Below are positions 24,129 to 32,775 of a stretch of 36,800 bases of DNA, piece after piece. The translations under genes were made by a program, and so were the position numbers. The stretch lies in the IMG/VR virus record IMGVR_UViG_3300047308_000142, positions 1 to 36,800 of that record. One strand, written 5' to 3'. The number at the start of each line of letters is the position of its first letter. The stretch's first letter is position 1. This DNA comes from a virus (taxonomy: Duplodnaviria; Caudoviricetes). Below the pieces are notes generated by a model, which was not told the origin of the DNA, did not search any database, and saw only the letters and a list, made by a program, of their open reading frames with translations.

Positions 24129-24617
24129 ATGAGCTTTTTCGATCAACCAATCAAACTGACCGATCTTCCTGAATCAGAGGTTTCTTACGATCTGCTGCCT
24201 GCTGGCTGGTACACGGCGCGCATTGGCGACGTAGTGCTAAAGGACACGAAGAGCGGCACCGGCCAATTCCTGTCGATCACTTATGACATCGTCGGACCGT
24301 CGCACCAGGGCCGTAAGGTATTCGGGAATCTGAATATCCGCAATGCGAATGCTGAGGCCGAGCGTATTGGACGCCAGCAACTTGGCGAACTAATGCGCGC
24401 CTCGGGGATGTCTGAGCTTCGCCAGACTGACGACCTGATTAATCGCCAATGTCAGATTAAGGTCACGATTAAGCCTGCCGACGGCCAGTACGAAGCGCGC
24501 AACGAGGTGAAGGGATTCAAAGCTGCCGATGGCATGGGATCGGCATTTCCTAGTAAGCCTCAAGCATCGTCAGAAGCACCTAAGCCTGCGCGTGCTGCTG
24601 CGCCTTGGGCTAAGTAA
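24129..24617 (+). CDS. Single-stranded DNA-binding protein (DUF669-like)
   Basis: LLPAGWY, TKSGTG, GRKVF.NLNI, NEVKGFK and C-terminal APW. Confidence 0.82.
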   Translation: MSFFDQPIKLTDLPESEVSYDLLPAGWYTARIGDVVLKDTKSGTGQFLSITYDIVGPSHQGRKVFGNLNIRNANAEAERIGRQQLGELMRASGMSELRQTDDLINRQCQIKVTIKPADGQYEARNEVKGFKAADGMGSAFPSKPQASSEAPKPARAAAPWAK

Positions 24618-24654
24618 AAAAACGGGGGCGGAGCGGATATCGCTCAACGCCCCC
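24616..24654 (-). terminator. Hairpin with U tract on the minus strand only
   Basis: Plus strand AAAAAAA-c-GGGGGCG-GAGCG-gatat-CGCTC-aa-CGCCCCC. Confidence 0.5.
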
Positions 24655-24706
24655 AACGGCTTGCTTTGCACAAACCCAGCGGAAATCACATCTTAACAAT
24701 AAACAC

Positions 24707-24970
24707 ATGTCAATCAAAATGCACCGGCCAGAAAATAGGCTAGACCGTTCCGAATACCTAGTTAGGGCGCATGAGTTTGCAAAGCGTGGAGAGGAGCTTC
24801 CGCAGACAAAGTTAGATCAGGCAATGCTTGACGACATCAAAAGCGCCATCAAACAGCGCGATAATCTTCGAAAGCACATCGCTAACAATCTATCAAACGA
24901 GGGCCTAGCGCGTCGTTTTGGGGTTCATAGACGCACGATTGAGCGTGCCATTCATGAGAATCGGCTATGA
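24707..24970 (+). CDS. Small HTH protein
   Basis: 87 aa; KRGEELPQTKL and C-terminal HTH LSNEGLARRFGVHRRTIERAI. Confidence 0.75.
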   Translation: MSIKMHRPENRLDRSEYLVRAHEFAKRGEELPQTKLDQAMLDDIKSAIKQRDNLRKHIANNLSNEGLARRFGVHRRTIERAIHENRL

Positions 24971-25980
24971 ACTTGCAAGACATCATCGACGAACGCCACG
25001 AACTAACGCCCGACGAACCGCGTCCGCACATGGGGTGCAGCTTGCTCGGTCATCCGTGCGACCGCTGGCTGTGGCTAAGCTTTCGATGGGCTGTGATTGA
25101 GCAGTTTCCGGGGCGCATTAAGCGACTATTCCGGCGCGGGCACATGGAAGAAGTTACCGTCATTGATGATCTAAACGCCATCGGGATGATTATCAAATCG
25201 ACCGGCGCCGATCAGTCGCGCGTCAGTTTTGGCGGGCACGTGTCTGGCTCGGTTGATGGGATCATCGAGGATGGAGTGCCAGGCGCGGCGCGTCAAAAGA
25301 AAAATCACATTCTCGAGATTAAGACGCACAGCCTGAAATCGTTTGATGAGCTGGCGAAGGTAGGCGTCCAGAAAGCCAAGCCGATGCACTGGACTCAGAT
25401 GCAGCTCTACATGCTCGGCACAGGCTTAGATCGCGCCCTATATGTAGCCGTCTGCAAAAACGACGACCGTATTCATGCTGAGGTAATCGAGTTTGACAGT
25501 GTGGCGGCCAATAAGGCTTTGGAGCGTGGCAAGCGTATTACGTTGTCGGACCGTATGCCGGAACCGCTAAGCGCTGATCCAAGCTGGTATCAATGCAAGT
25601 ATTGCCCAGCGCATAATCTATGCCACGGCAGCAAGACGACTAAAGAGGTTAACTGTCGCACGTGCGCTCATTCGACTGCGGTAGATGATGGGTCGTGGCG
25701 CTGCGAGCGGTTCCAGGCGGACGGAATCCCGGTCGAGTTTCAGCGCAAAGGATGCGAGTCGCACGTGCTGCACCCGGACATAGTGCCGTGGCCGGTCAAG
25801 GAAGGGCGCGATCAGTGGACCGCCATTTACATGATTGACGGCAAAGCGGTGGCCAATGGTGAAGGCGACGCGCACGTCTACACCAGCCGCGAGATTTTGG
25901 CGAACCCATTGGCGTGCGCTAATCCCAATGCTTTCGTGCAGTCTATTCGTACAGATTTCGATGGGGAGATCATTGGATGA
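24967..25980 (+). CDS. PD-(D/E)XK exonuclease, Cas4-like
   Basis: HPCDRWLW, RGH, GSVDG, LEIKT, QMQLYM and CKYCPAHNLC; extra CRTC...C...C.H cluster. Confidence 0.88.
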   Translation: MNLQDIIDERHELTPDEPRPHMGCSLLGHPCDRWLWLSFRWAVIEQFPGRIKRLFRRGHMEEVTVIDDLNAIGMIIKSTGADQSRVSFGGHVSGSVDGIIEDGVPGAARQKKNHILEIKTHSLKSFDELAKVGVQKAKPMHWTQMQLYMLGTGLDRALYVAVCKNDDRIHAEVIEFDSVAANKALERGKRITLSDRMPEPLSADPSWYQCKYCPAHNLCHGSKTTKEVNCRTCAHSTAVDDGSWRCERFQADGIPVEFQRKGCESHVLHPDIVPWPVKEGRDQWTAIYMIDGKAVANGEGDAHVYTSREILANPLACANPNAFVQSIRTDFDGEIIG

Positions 25981-26207
25981 TGCAACACGAACCGCACAAT
26001 CTTGACGCAACCGTTTTTGTCTATGTCGACCGTGTATCGGGCGAGGTCATTGCTACGTATTGGGATCGAGCACGAGAAATAGAAAGACAAAAGACGCATG
26101 ACCACGTGGACACGCTCGAGCCGAGGCTATGGATCCAGGCGCACTACAGCAAGGTCGTCAAGCTTCGCCGTAAAAACGTGGGTGAATTTTTAGAGGCGCA
26201 GAGGTGA
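25977..26207 (+). CDS. Hypothetical protein
   Basis: 76 aa, ATGA-coupled to the exonuclease gene. Confidence 0.65.
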   Translation: MMQHEPHNLDATVFVYVDRVSGEVIATYWDRAREIERQKTHDHVDTLEPRLWIQAHYSKVVKLRRKNVGEFLEAQR

Positions 26208-26211
26208 TTAA

Positions 26212-26682
26212 ATGAATGTTCAGCAAAAGATTGAGACAACTGGTAAGGAATCCCGACAAGTTGAGCCGGTGGCGTGGATGGATATCGACAGCGAAGGAAA
26301 CCGGCTAAATGTGCGGCAATGGAGCGATGGCAACTCGCAAGAGGTGCCTTTGTACATGGCGCTGCCGCAGCAAGTGCAGGAGCCGGTGGCGTGGATCTCA
26401 TACGAATCTTTGGGGAGGCTGAAAAACGGAGGAAATTCCAGGGGTGCAGTTCCTGTCCACACGATACAAAGTTACACGGCAAAAATTCCCCTTTATACCG
26501 CACCACCCCAGCGCAAGCCACTGACGGATGAAGAGATTGACGCGCTTGAATTGCTTTTAAGCGGCACAGCTACAGTGCGCGACTTTGCACGAGTAATCGA
26601 GCGGGCACACGGAATAGGTGACGCGGCACTCGGTACGGTATTTAAGGACTATGAAGTTAGGGCTACTGATGAAACTCCGTGA
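26212..26682 (+). CDS. Hypothetical phage protein with two EPVAW...PLY modules
   Basis: 156 aa; EPVAW...PLY occurs twice, followed by RKPLTDEEI; common phage mosaic family. Confidence 0.75.
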   Translation: MNVQQKIETTGKESRQVEPVAWMDIDSEGNRLNVRQWSDGNSQEVPLYMALPQQVQEPVAWISYESLGRLKNGGNSRGAVPVHTIQSYTAKIPLYTAPPQRKPLTDEEIDALELLLSGTATVRDFARVIERAHGIGDAALGTVFKDYEVRATDETP

Positions 26683-28273
26683 CTATCAATCCAAAAGCAT
26701 TTCTATGCTCTACAAATGGATGACAGAAAATAAAGGCCATCCATGTGTGGTTCTTCCTACTGGAGCAGGCAAAAGCGTAGTGATCGCGGAGCTTATAAAA
26801 AACGCCCTTCAAGAATGGCCCGAAACAAGGGTTTTGATGCTATGCCATCAAAAAGAATTGATTGAGCAAAATGCCCAAAAAATGCGCGCAGTATGGCCTG
26901 GTGCCCCGCTTGGAATTTACAGCGCAAGCGTCGGGAAAAAGCAGCTCGGCGAGCCGATTACGTTTGCAGGGATTCAGTCTATAAGGACAAAAGCGAAAGA
27001 AGTTGGGCACACGGACATCTGTATCGCGGATGAGTGCCATTGCATTTCACATAAAGACCAAGGCGGGTATAGAAATTTTCTTAATGAACTTCTCGAAATC
27101 AATCCTGCAATGCGAATCATCGGGTATAGCGCCACGCCTTACCGCCTGGGCCACGGCTTAATCACCGACGCTCCCGCCATCTTCTCAGATCTAATAGAGC
27201 CAATAAGTATCGAGGAACTGATCTATCAGGGCTTTTTGTCTGTGCTGCGATCGAAGGTAACGCGCTCGAAGCTTGATACGTCTGGCGTGAAAAAGCGCGG
27301 CGGCGAGTACATAGAAAGCCAGCTACAGGCCGCTGTAAACGTCACAGACACGAACGAGCGCGTCGTGCGCGAGGTTATCGAATTGGCCGGCGACCGTAAG
27401 GCTTGGCTGTTTTTCTGTGCTGGCATTGCTCACGCCGAGGCAATTGCTCAGGAATTAGGCAGACAAGGCATCGAAGCTGCGTGCATCACTGGCGAGACGG
27501 CCAAGGGCGAGCGCGAGCGATTGCTTGATGCTTTCAAGGCCGGGAAGATTCGAGCGCTGACGAACGCGAACGTACTAACGACCGGGTTCGATTACCCTGA
27601 TATCGACCTTATCGCAATGCTACGGCCGACGCTTAGCCCTGGGCTTTATGTCCAGATGGTCGGTCGAGGGCTTCGCAAAAAGAGCCACACGGACCACTGC
27701 CTAGTGCTCGACTTTGCCGGAGTAGTCGAGACGCATGGCCCGATCACTTGTGTCCAGCCACCCAAGAAAGCTGGTGATGGCGGTGGAGAGGCTCCGGTTA
27801 AGGTATGCGACAACTGCGCCGAGCTTTGCGGATTGTCTGCCAGGACGTGCCCAGCTTGCGGCCACGAATTCCCGCCGCCACCTGAGAAAAAGCTAGAGCT
27901 GCGGACCGACGACATTATGGGGCTGGAAGGCACAGAGGTTGCTATCACTGACTGGCGATGGCGCGTCCATATCAGCCGATCAACAGGCAAGTCGATGCTT
28001 GCGGTCACGTATTACGCCGGGCTGACTGATAAGGGGGTGACTGAGTATTTGCCTGTTTTGCACGATGGCTTTGCCGGACAGAAAGCCACTCGACATCTAT
28101 TGAGCATGGCGCAACGATCAAAAGTCGATCTATTCGATCTTTTCGAACTAACAGACGAAACAGCGCTTGATGCAATCATAGTTGCCATGAACCAGTCTAA
28201 GCCCCCGGCGCTGATTGAGTACCGCCGTGATGGCAAGTTTGACCGAGTGATGCGGAGGGAGTGGAGTGACTGA
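26669..28273 (+). CDS. Superfamily 2 DNA helicase (RadD/YejH-like) with zinc ribbon
   Basis: LRDYQ, LPTGAGKS, DECH, SAT, LTTGFD, QMVGRGLR, LVLDF, C..C...C..C; start at ATG 26669. Confidence 0.92.
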   Translation: MKLRDYQSKSISMLYKWMTENKGHPCVVLPTGAGKSVVIAELIKNALQEWPETRVLMLCHQKELIEQNAQKMRAVWPGAPLGIYSASVGKKQLGEPITFAGIQSIRTKAKEVGHTDICIADECHCISHKDQGGYRNFLNELLEINPAMRIIGYSATPYRLGHGLITDAPAIFSDLIEPISIEELIYQGFLSVLRSKVTRSKLDTSGVKKRGGEYIESQLQAAVNVTDTNERVVREVIELAGDRKAWLFFCAGIAHAEAIAQELGRQGIEAACITGETAKGERERLLDAFKAGKIRALTNANVLTTGFDYPDIDLIAMLRPTLSPGLYVQMVGRGLRKKSHTDHCLVLDFAGVVETHGPITCVQPPKKAGDGGGEAPVKVCDNCAELCGLSARTCPACGHEFPPPPEKKLELRTDDIMGLEGTEVAITDWRWRVHISRSTGKSMLAVTYYAGLTDKGVTEYLPVLHDGFAGQKATRHLLSMAQRSKVDLFDLFELTDETALDAIIVAMNQSKPPALIEYRRDGKFDRVMRREWSD

Positions 28274-28628
28274 CGAACGAATCCCAACCGAGCACGAAGA
28301 GCAGCGCGAGGTCGTCAAGTGGATGCGCCAGACATTTCCAGGCGTGCTGATCTTCGCCATCCCTAACGGGGGGGCACGTGGCATAGCTCAAGCCGCCAGG
28401 CTCAAGGCCGAAGGCGTATCGGCCGGAGTGCCTGACCTGCACATCCCAGCATACAAACTTTGGATCGAAATGAAGCGCCGCAAGGGCGGCACGGTGTCCA
28501 AAGAGCAGAAAGACTGGATTGAGTACCTAGAAAGCATTGGCCACCGCGTGATTGTTTCACGTGGAGCAGACGAGGCGAAGAGTGGCATATTAGAGACGAT
28601 CAACGGTCACAAAGCTCTTGACGCGTGA
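28266..28628 (+). CDS. VRR-NUC domain nuclease
   Basis: EHEEQ, FAIPNGG, EGVSAGVPDL, IEMK, SKEQKDW. Confidence 0.9.
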   Translation: MTDERIPTEHEEQREVVKWMRQTFPGVLIFAIPNGGARGIAQAARLKAEGVSAGVPDLHIPAYKLWIEMKRRKGGTVSKEQKDWIEYLESIGHRVIVSRGADEAKSGILETINGHKALDA

Positions 28629-28646
28629 GAAAACGTGAGACATAAT
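28618..28646 (+). promoter_or_regulatory. Sigma70-type promoter with direct-repeat operator
   Basis: TTGACG-17 bp-CATAAT; the spacer is CGTGAGA-aaa-CGTGAGA. Confidence 0.8.
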
Positions 28647-28670
28647 GCACGCATGCAGTGAGGAAACGGA

Positions 28671-28859
28671 ATGAATAACAAAAAAACAAGCTTTGTCAGT
28701 GTCCGGTTACCGGATGACATCAAAGACAAAGTGAAGCAGCGCGCGGAGATGAGTTCGAGGACTATCGCAGGTCTGATCCTGCATTACATAAAACTCGGCT
28801 TAGTCGCTGATGGAGAGCTTAAAAATGAAGCACATTTACGTAGTTCTAAACAAGGATAA
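28671..28859 (+). CDS. Arc-like ribbon-helix-helix regulator
   Basis: FVSVRLPDDIKDKVKQRAEMSSRTIAGLILHYI; GAGG SD. Confidence 0.85.
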   Translation: MNNKKTSFVSVRLPDDIKDKVKQRAEMSSRTIAGLILHYIKLGLVADGELKNEAHLRSSKQG

Positions 28860-28977
28860 AAGGATCGTTTTCAGCAATGCATCGATGGATGCGTGTGTTG
28901 CGTACTTTAGGGCAGGGAACGGCATGAAATACGGTTGGACGGTGGAGAAAGCGCCGCTCAGCTGGGAAGTCAAATGA
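28825..28977 (+). CDS. Small hypothetical protein (50 aa)
   Basis: MKHIYVVLNKDKRIVF...; GGAG SD; fills the gap before the next gene; not in the track. Confidence 0.55.
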   Translation: MKHIYVVLNKDKRIVFSNASMDACVAYFRAGNGMKYGWTVEKAPLSWEVK

Positions 28978-28984
28978 GGATTAA

Positions 28985-29173
28985 ATGGTCAGAATCATAT
29001 TGATAGCTATTGGAATCGCTGCAATCGTGCTGGTGTTTGGCGGTTGCAGTGAGCATGACCAGGAAGAGGCGCGTTACTGCGAAATGGTGAGCTTGTGGAA
29101 ACAGCAAGCAAAGGACGGCGTTCCGATCAATGATCGTGCTGGCTGGCCACCATATCGCGGGGCGTGCAAGTAA
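28985..29173 (+). CDS. Small putative lipoprotein / membrane-anchored protein
   Basis: Hydrophobic N-terminus ending VFGG-C (lipobox-like); GAGG SD. Confidence 0.65.
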   Translation: MVRIILIAIGIAAIVLVFGGCSEHDQEEARYCEMVSLWKQQAKDGVPINDRAGWPPYRGACK

Positions 29174-29244
29174 TGGAGTATCTGCTCTGGGCAATAGGTG
29201 TAATTATTGTATGGCTGTTTCTTTTTGGTGCTGATGATGAATGA
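29173..29244 (+). CDS. 23-aa single-TM peptide
   Basis: MEYLLWAIGVIIVWLFLFGADDE; TAATG coupling to the upstream gene. Confidence 0.45.
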   Translation: MEYLLWAIGVIIVWLFLFGADDE

Positions 29245-29440
29245 TAGATTCTATGTACGACTATCGCAGCTTGAAATTATAGACAGCAAGACTGGCAAAG
29301 CTATGGTCGTTGTCAATCGATTGCTTAACGATGGCGTTTCGATAGATATGCCGGAAGGTATGCCGATCAATTCGGCAGATTGGTGGCTAGATCTTGTTGA
29401 GCAAGTCAAGTCAGCGATGAATATGTTCATGGATCGATAA
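29234..29440 (+). CDS. Hypothetical protein
   Basis: In-frame ATG at 29234 or 29237 within the track ORF. Confidence 0.6.
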   Translation: MMNDRFYVRLSQLEIIDSKTGKAMVVVNRLLNDGVSIDMPEGMPINSADWWLDLVEQVKSAMNMFMDR

Positions 29441-29451
29441 GCGAGGAAATC

Positions 29452-29616
29452 ATGCTCTTACTTGGCTGTTTGTTTTTTGTGGTCTTTGTAATCATGTGCT
29501 TTATCGGATCGCCAGAAACGGTCAGATGTAGCGGCGCCTGTAACCAAGGGCGATCGGTATGCGATTGTCAACTTTACAAAGGTGAGGCGGGACCATCATG
29601 CGGAGATTCGTGCTAG
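29452..29616 (+). CDS. Small membrane-anchored Cys-rich protein (54 aa)
   Basis: MLLLGCLFFVVFVIMCFIG...CSGACNQGRSVCDC; GAGG SD; not in the track. Confidence 0.55.
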   Translation: MLLLGCLFFVVFVIMCFIGSPETVRCSGACNQGRSVCDCQLYKGEAGPSCGDSC

Positions 29617-29942
29617 TATTTTTACTAATCGTTTTTAATCCACAACCTGCATCGGCAGACAGTTGGACAAGTCGAGACAAATTGAACCACTTTGCAATGT
29701 CTGCAGTCATATCGACAGCAGCGGCAAAAAGTCACGGACCTGTTACCGGTGCGGCGATAGCATTGGTTCCTGGCGTGATTAAGGAGCTGGCTGACATGGG
29801 TGGCGCTGGCACGCCATCAATGAAGGACATGGCGTGGAATGTAGTCGGAGCAATGACCGGTGCAGTCTTGCCGGCTGGGTTTCTAGTAGTACCAACAACT
29901 AATCAAAGCGGACTATTTTTTACATATCAAGGGAGCTTTTGA
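29598..29942 (+). CDS. YfiM-like exported/membrane protein
   Basis: Signal peptide ending ASA, then DSWTSRDKLNHF...GVIKELAD...SMKDMAWNVVGA, the pattern of the YfiM family. Confidence 0.7.
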   Translation: MRRFVLVFLLIVFNPQPASADSWTSRDKLNHFAMSAVISTAAAKSHGPVTGAAIALVPGVIKELADMGGAGTPSMKDMAWNVVGAMTGAVLPAGFLVVPTTNQSGLFFTYQGSF

Positions 29943-29943
29943 C

Positions 29944-30132
29944 ATGATGAGCGAACCGATTGAGCCTAGCATCGACGCTGCACATCTTGCACTTGTTGAG
30001 CTTGACGACGCATTGAACCGTGACTTTCAGCGCACTCCAGACTGGTCAAAAGACGTAATGAGTGCGGCTGAGCGTTTATGCGCCGTGATTGACAGTTTGC
30101 GCCATAAGATTGACGGCGGCAGGTTGCAGTGA
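29944..30132 (+). CDS. Hypothetical protein
   Basis: 62 aa, tightly packed in the operon. Confidence 0.6.
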   Translation: MMSEPIEPSIDAAHLALVELDDALNRDFQRTPDWSKDVMSAAERLCAVIDSLRHKIDGGRLQ

Positions 30133-30290
30133 GATATGTAGTACACGATGAAGAAGGACCGCTGCGTGCTTTCAGAACACGAGCCGCAGCGGTTGCTTGG
30201 ATGCGTGACGGAATGCGCCTGGTCGTACTACCAAAGCCGCCGAGCAGAGCGGTGCGGATGTTTGCAAAACTTGGCGATGCGTTAATTTAA
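30129..30290 (+). CDS. Small hypothetical protein (53 aa)
   Basis: GTGA overlap with the upstream stop; MRYVVHDEEGPLRAFRTRAAAVAW...; not in the track. Confidence 0.6.
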   Translation: MRYVVHDEEGPLRAFRTRAAAVAWMRDGMRLVVLPKPPSRAVRMFAKLGDALI

Positions 30291-30299
30291 GGGCCTGAA

Positions 30300-30545
30300 A
30301 TGACGACAAAGACGCCTAAGTATCTCACTCCAGAGCAGGTAGCAAAAAAGCTCGGAATGTCAGAGGGAACGCTATCAAATTGGCGGTCTAAAGACATGGG
30401 GCCGAGATGGGTAAGGATTGGCGGGAAAGTGATGTACAAATCCGAAGCGGTCAGCACTTACATCGGACACCACGCAAGCGCCATCTTTTGGAATGACAAA
30501 ACGCCAGTCGTGTTGAACTGGCGAGCACCTGGGAGTCAAGCATGA
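30300..30545 (+). CDS. Excisionase/AlpA-like HTH DNA-binding protein
   Basis: YLTPEQVAKKLGMSEGTLSNWRSKDMGPRWVRIGGKVMY. Confidence 0.85.
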   Translation: MTTKTPKYLTPEQVAKKLGMSEGTLSNWRSKDMGPRWVRIGGKVMYKSEAVSTYIGHHASAIFWNDKTPVVLNWRAPGSQA

Positions 30546-30775
30546 ACAAAGACGAAAGCATTAGCACCGCCGCAGCCGAGCGCGAAAAGGCCGGTGGCGT
30601 CGGCAAAATAAGTATGCCGGCCAGCTTGATGGCGCAAGAGTTCGCTAATTACCATCGAAGAGGATACAAAGCCGGCTCCGTTGCTGAGCGTGAGGCGGTG
30701 CTTGCTTTGGTCGATGAATACGCCAAGGACAACACAGACCTCAGAGACGCCATCCTAGCAAGGGGCCAAGCGTGA
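30542..30775 (+). CDS. Hypothetical protein
   Basis: 77 aa; AEREA...AILARG pattern common in phages. Confidence 0.7.
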   Translation: MNKDESISTAAAEREKAGGVGKISMPASLMAQEFANYHRRGYKAGSVAEREAVLALVDEYAKDNTDLRDAILARGQA

Positions 30776-31305
30776 TTTACACAACACTAAACAAAATCCT
30801 TGCACACGAACCGTGCTCTGACGGATGGGTCAAATTACTTAGGCATCTCAATAAGACGAAAGCTGACGATGAGCCGTTAAGCCTGCTAACAATTCTAAAC
30901 AGTAATGGACTTCATGACGCTTTGTGGTGCCTGCGAGCAGTGGATGGCCATCAGCGTGAAATGCGGTTGTACGCTGTTTGGTGCGCGCGACAAGTGCAGC
31001 ATTTAATGACGGACAGTCGTTCGCAAGCAGCGCTTGACATTGCAGAACGACATGCAGACGGGCGTGCGACCGATCATGAATTGGACGCAGCATGGGACGC
31101 AGCACTGCACGCAGCAAGGGACGCAGCATTTCACGCAGCAGGGGACGCAGCATTTCACGCAGCAAGGGCCGCAGCATGGGCCGCAGCATGGGCCGCAGCA
31201 TGGGCCGCAGCAGAGGCCGCAGCAGAGGCAGCGACTTACGCAGCAGAGGGCGCTCAAACTGCCGAATTTTTACGTGTGTTTTGTGTTGAAAAGGTGGAAG
31301 CATGA
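30772..31305 (+). CDS. Hypothetical phage protein with Ala-rich tetrapeptide repeats
   Basis: TTLNKI..HEPC.DGW.KLL, DALWCLRA, RLYAVWCARQV, then xAAx repeats. Confidence 0.8.
   Translation: MIYTTLNKILAHEPCSDGWVKLLRHLNKTKADDEPLSLLTILNSNGLHDALWCLRAVDGHQREMRLYAVWCARQVQHLMTDSRSQAALDIAERHADGRATDHELDAAWDAALHAARDAAFHAAGDAAFHAARAAAWAAAWAAAWAAAEAAAEAATYAAEGAQTAEFLRVFCVEKVEA
31084..31230 (+). repeat. Degenerate 12-bp tandem repeat (core GCAGCA), about 12 units
   Basis: For example gacGCAGCAtgg, cacGCAGCAagg, gccGCAGCAtgg x3, gccGCAGCAgag x2. Confidence 0.9.
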
Positions 31306-31496
31306 TCCGCATCTCCTACACCTATCGCGGGCCATCAAAGCCGGAATGGCACAGCCAGATCGTCTCGAAGTCTGAAGCGCCGCAAGTGATCGACGCACTC
31401 AAGCCCATCACGTCCGAGCTGCTCGTCGAAAAGATAACGCTCGCAGATCTGCAAAACAGCAGCAAACCGAGCCCGAATGCCACGAGGATCAAGTAA
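31302..31496 (+). CDS. Hypothetical protein
   Basis: 64 aa, coupled at both ends. Confidence 0.65.
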   Translation: MIRISYTYRGPSKPEWHSQIVSKSEAPQVIDALKPITSELLVEKITLADLQNSSKPSPNATRIK

Positions 31497-31666
31497 TGGA
31501 TGAAAAGCAACTACACACGTGCAGCTACTACTGCATGCACCCGGCCTGCGTGATCGCTCAGCGTGATTTTTTACGGGATAAGGTCGAGCAACTTCAGGAA
31601 GATATTCGGCAATTGCTCATCGAAGAGCGCACGCAAGACGATTACAATCGCATTGGGATGGTCTAA
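31496..31666 (+). CDS. Small hypothetical protein (56 aa)
   Basis: MDEKQLHTCSYYCMHPACVIAQRD...; TAATG coupling; not in the track. Confidence 0.65.
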   Translation: MDEKQLHTCSYYCMHPACVIAQRDFLRDKVEQLQEDIRQLLIEERTQDDYNRIGMV

Positions 31667-31680
31667 TCAATCATCTGCCT

Positions 31681-31725
31681 CTGCGGGGAACGGCTAGAGA
31701 ATAAGATTCTTAGCAATTCCCGCAG
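31681..31725. terminator. Long bulged hairpin between the convergent early and late arms
   Basis: CTGCGGGGAA..GCTAGAGAAT-aag-ATTCTTAGC..TTCCCGCAG; no clear U tract on either strand. Confidence 0.45.
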
Positions 31726-31737
31726 CGCTTTCATAGC

Positions 31738-31908
31738 TCATTTTGCCTTTTTCTTGTCCCAGAACGACCAGCCAAAGCCAGCCAGGGTAGCAACAGCGCC
31801 GATCACGGCGTCAATAGTTCCGCCGTCGATGCCGTATTTCGCAGCAAATACGCCACCAAAAGTAGTCAAAAGATGGCGTGCAAGCGCCGAAAGTACAACT
31901 GCGTCCAT
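31738..31908 (-). CDS. Putative holin (56 aa, two hydrophobic segments, basic C-terminus)
   Basis: MDAVVLSALARHLLTTFGGVFAAKYGIDGGTIDAVIGAVATLAGFGWSFWDKKKAK; strong AAGGAGGAG SD; follows the endolysin; not in the track. Confidence 0.7.
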   Translation of the reverse strand: MDAVVLSALARHLLTTFGGVFAAKYGIDGGTIDAVIGAVATLAGFGWSFWDKKKAK

Positions 31909-31918
31909 AGTCTCCTCC

Positions 31919-32377
31919 TTAGTTAAACGATGTTACCGAATAGACCGTTTGTCCGCCGTTCCCAAAACGACTAGCGACCAACTGCTGCATGCGTGGTTTT
32001 TTGTTTTTTGCTGCAATCGCCACATGTACCCAAGCGCTGTACTCATCAATGATTTGATCGAACGGGCGCTTAAGCTTTACAATCTCTTTGCACACGGCTT
32101 GCACTGACAAGCCAGGCACAGTTATATCTGCTGCCAGCCCTAGCATATGTGCGCTACCGCTAGAGCCTCCGATGGCTCGGTTAACTTCCGGCGATCGGTA
32201 ACCGCTAGACACCACAATCGGCCGGTCTATAGCGATCCTAAGCGGCTCTAATAAGTCAGCGCACAACCGCTCAAGATTGGCCACGATAGCATCGCTCGGC
32301 ATATTGTCTAGGCCATGCCTAGCCGCGTACTGCGACGCGATTAGCTCGTCTAGCGTGAAATGGGCCGATAACTTCAT
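31919..32377 (-). CDS. Endolysin, peptidase M15 family
   Basis: LSAHFTLDEL, SSGYRS..VN, SAHMLGLAADI and WVHV zinc-binding motifs. Confidence 0.9.
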   Translation of the reverse strand: MKLSAHFTLDELIASQYAARHGLDNMPSDAIVANLERLCADLLEPLRIAIDRPIVVSSGYRSPEVNRAIGGSSGSAHMLGLAADITVPGLSVQAVCKEIVKLKRPFDQIIDEYSAWVHVAIAAKNKKPRMQQLVASRFGNGGQTVYSVTSFN

Positions 32378-32407
32378 GGCCCATGAGAGCACCAGAGTAT
32401 CGCCTTG

Positions 32408-32770
32408 TCAAGCCCTACGCCGACGAATGACATCGTCTAATACGATGGTTGTCGCGTTTGTTTGGGTGTAGATTTTCTGCGCTTGTTTGGTGATCCAGAA
32501 CGGAGCGAAAGCAGCCTGAGCCAGTGCGCCAGATACCAACAGGCCAATATAGACCCAGATCATGACATCCGACATGGCGTCCCATGATTCGCCTGATACC
32601 CATAAATATGTCGGAATGAATAGAGCGGAAAAAGCACAAATCCCCAGAATGGAAATGGCACCTCTGACTGTCCAGTGAAATTTTTTGTTGATCATGGTCA
32701 TTCGGCAGAACGTTGACCACGCGAACCAACTCATAAACACGTAGTGGATAACGACCTGAGTCGTGCTCAT
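32408..32770 (-). CDS. Membrane protein (3 predicted TM), lysis-cassette associated
   Basis: Three hydrophobic segments and a basic C-terminus; upstream of the endolysin. Confidence 0.65.
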   Translation of the reverse strand: MSTTQVVIHYVFMSWFAWSTFCRMTMINKKFHWTVRGAISILGICAFSALFIPTYLWVSGESWDAMSDVMIWVYIGLLVSGALAQAAFAPFWITKQAQKIYTQTNATTIVLDDVIRRRRA

Positions 32771-32775
32771 TTTCT

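Noticed and set aside
31003-31375. Cys-rich (CCGP) and Gln/His-rich alternative-frame ORFs
   Set aside because: By-products of the 12-bp tandem repeat inside the real gene 30772..31305.
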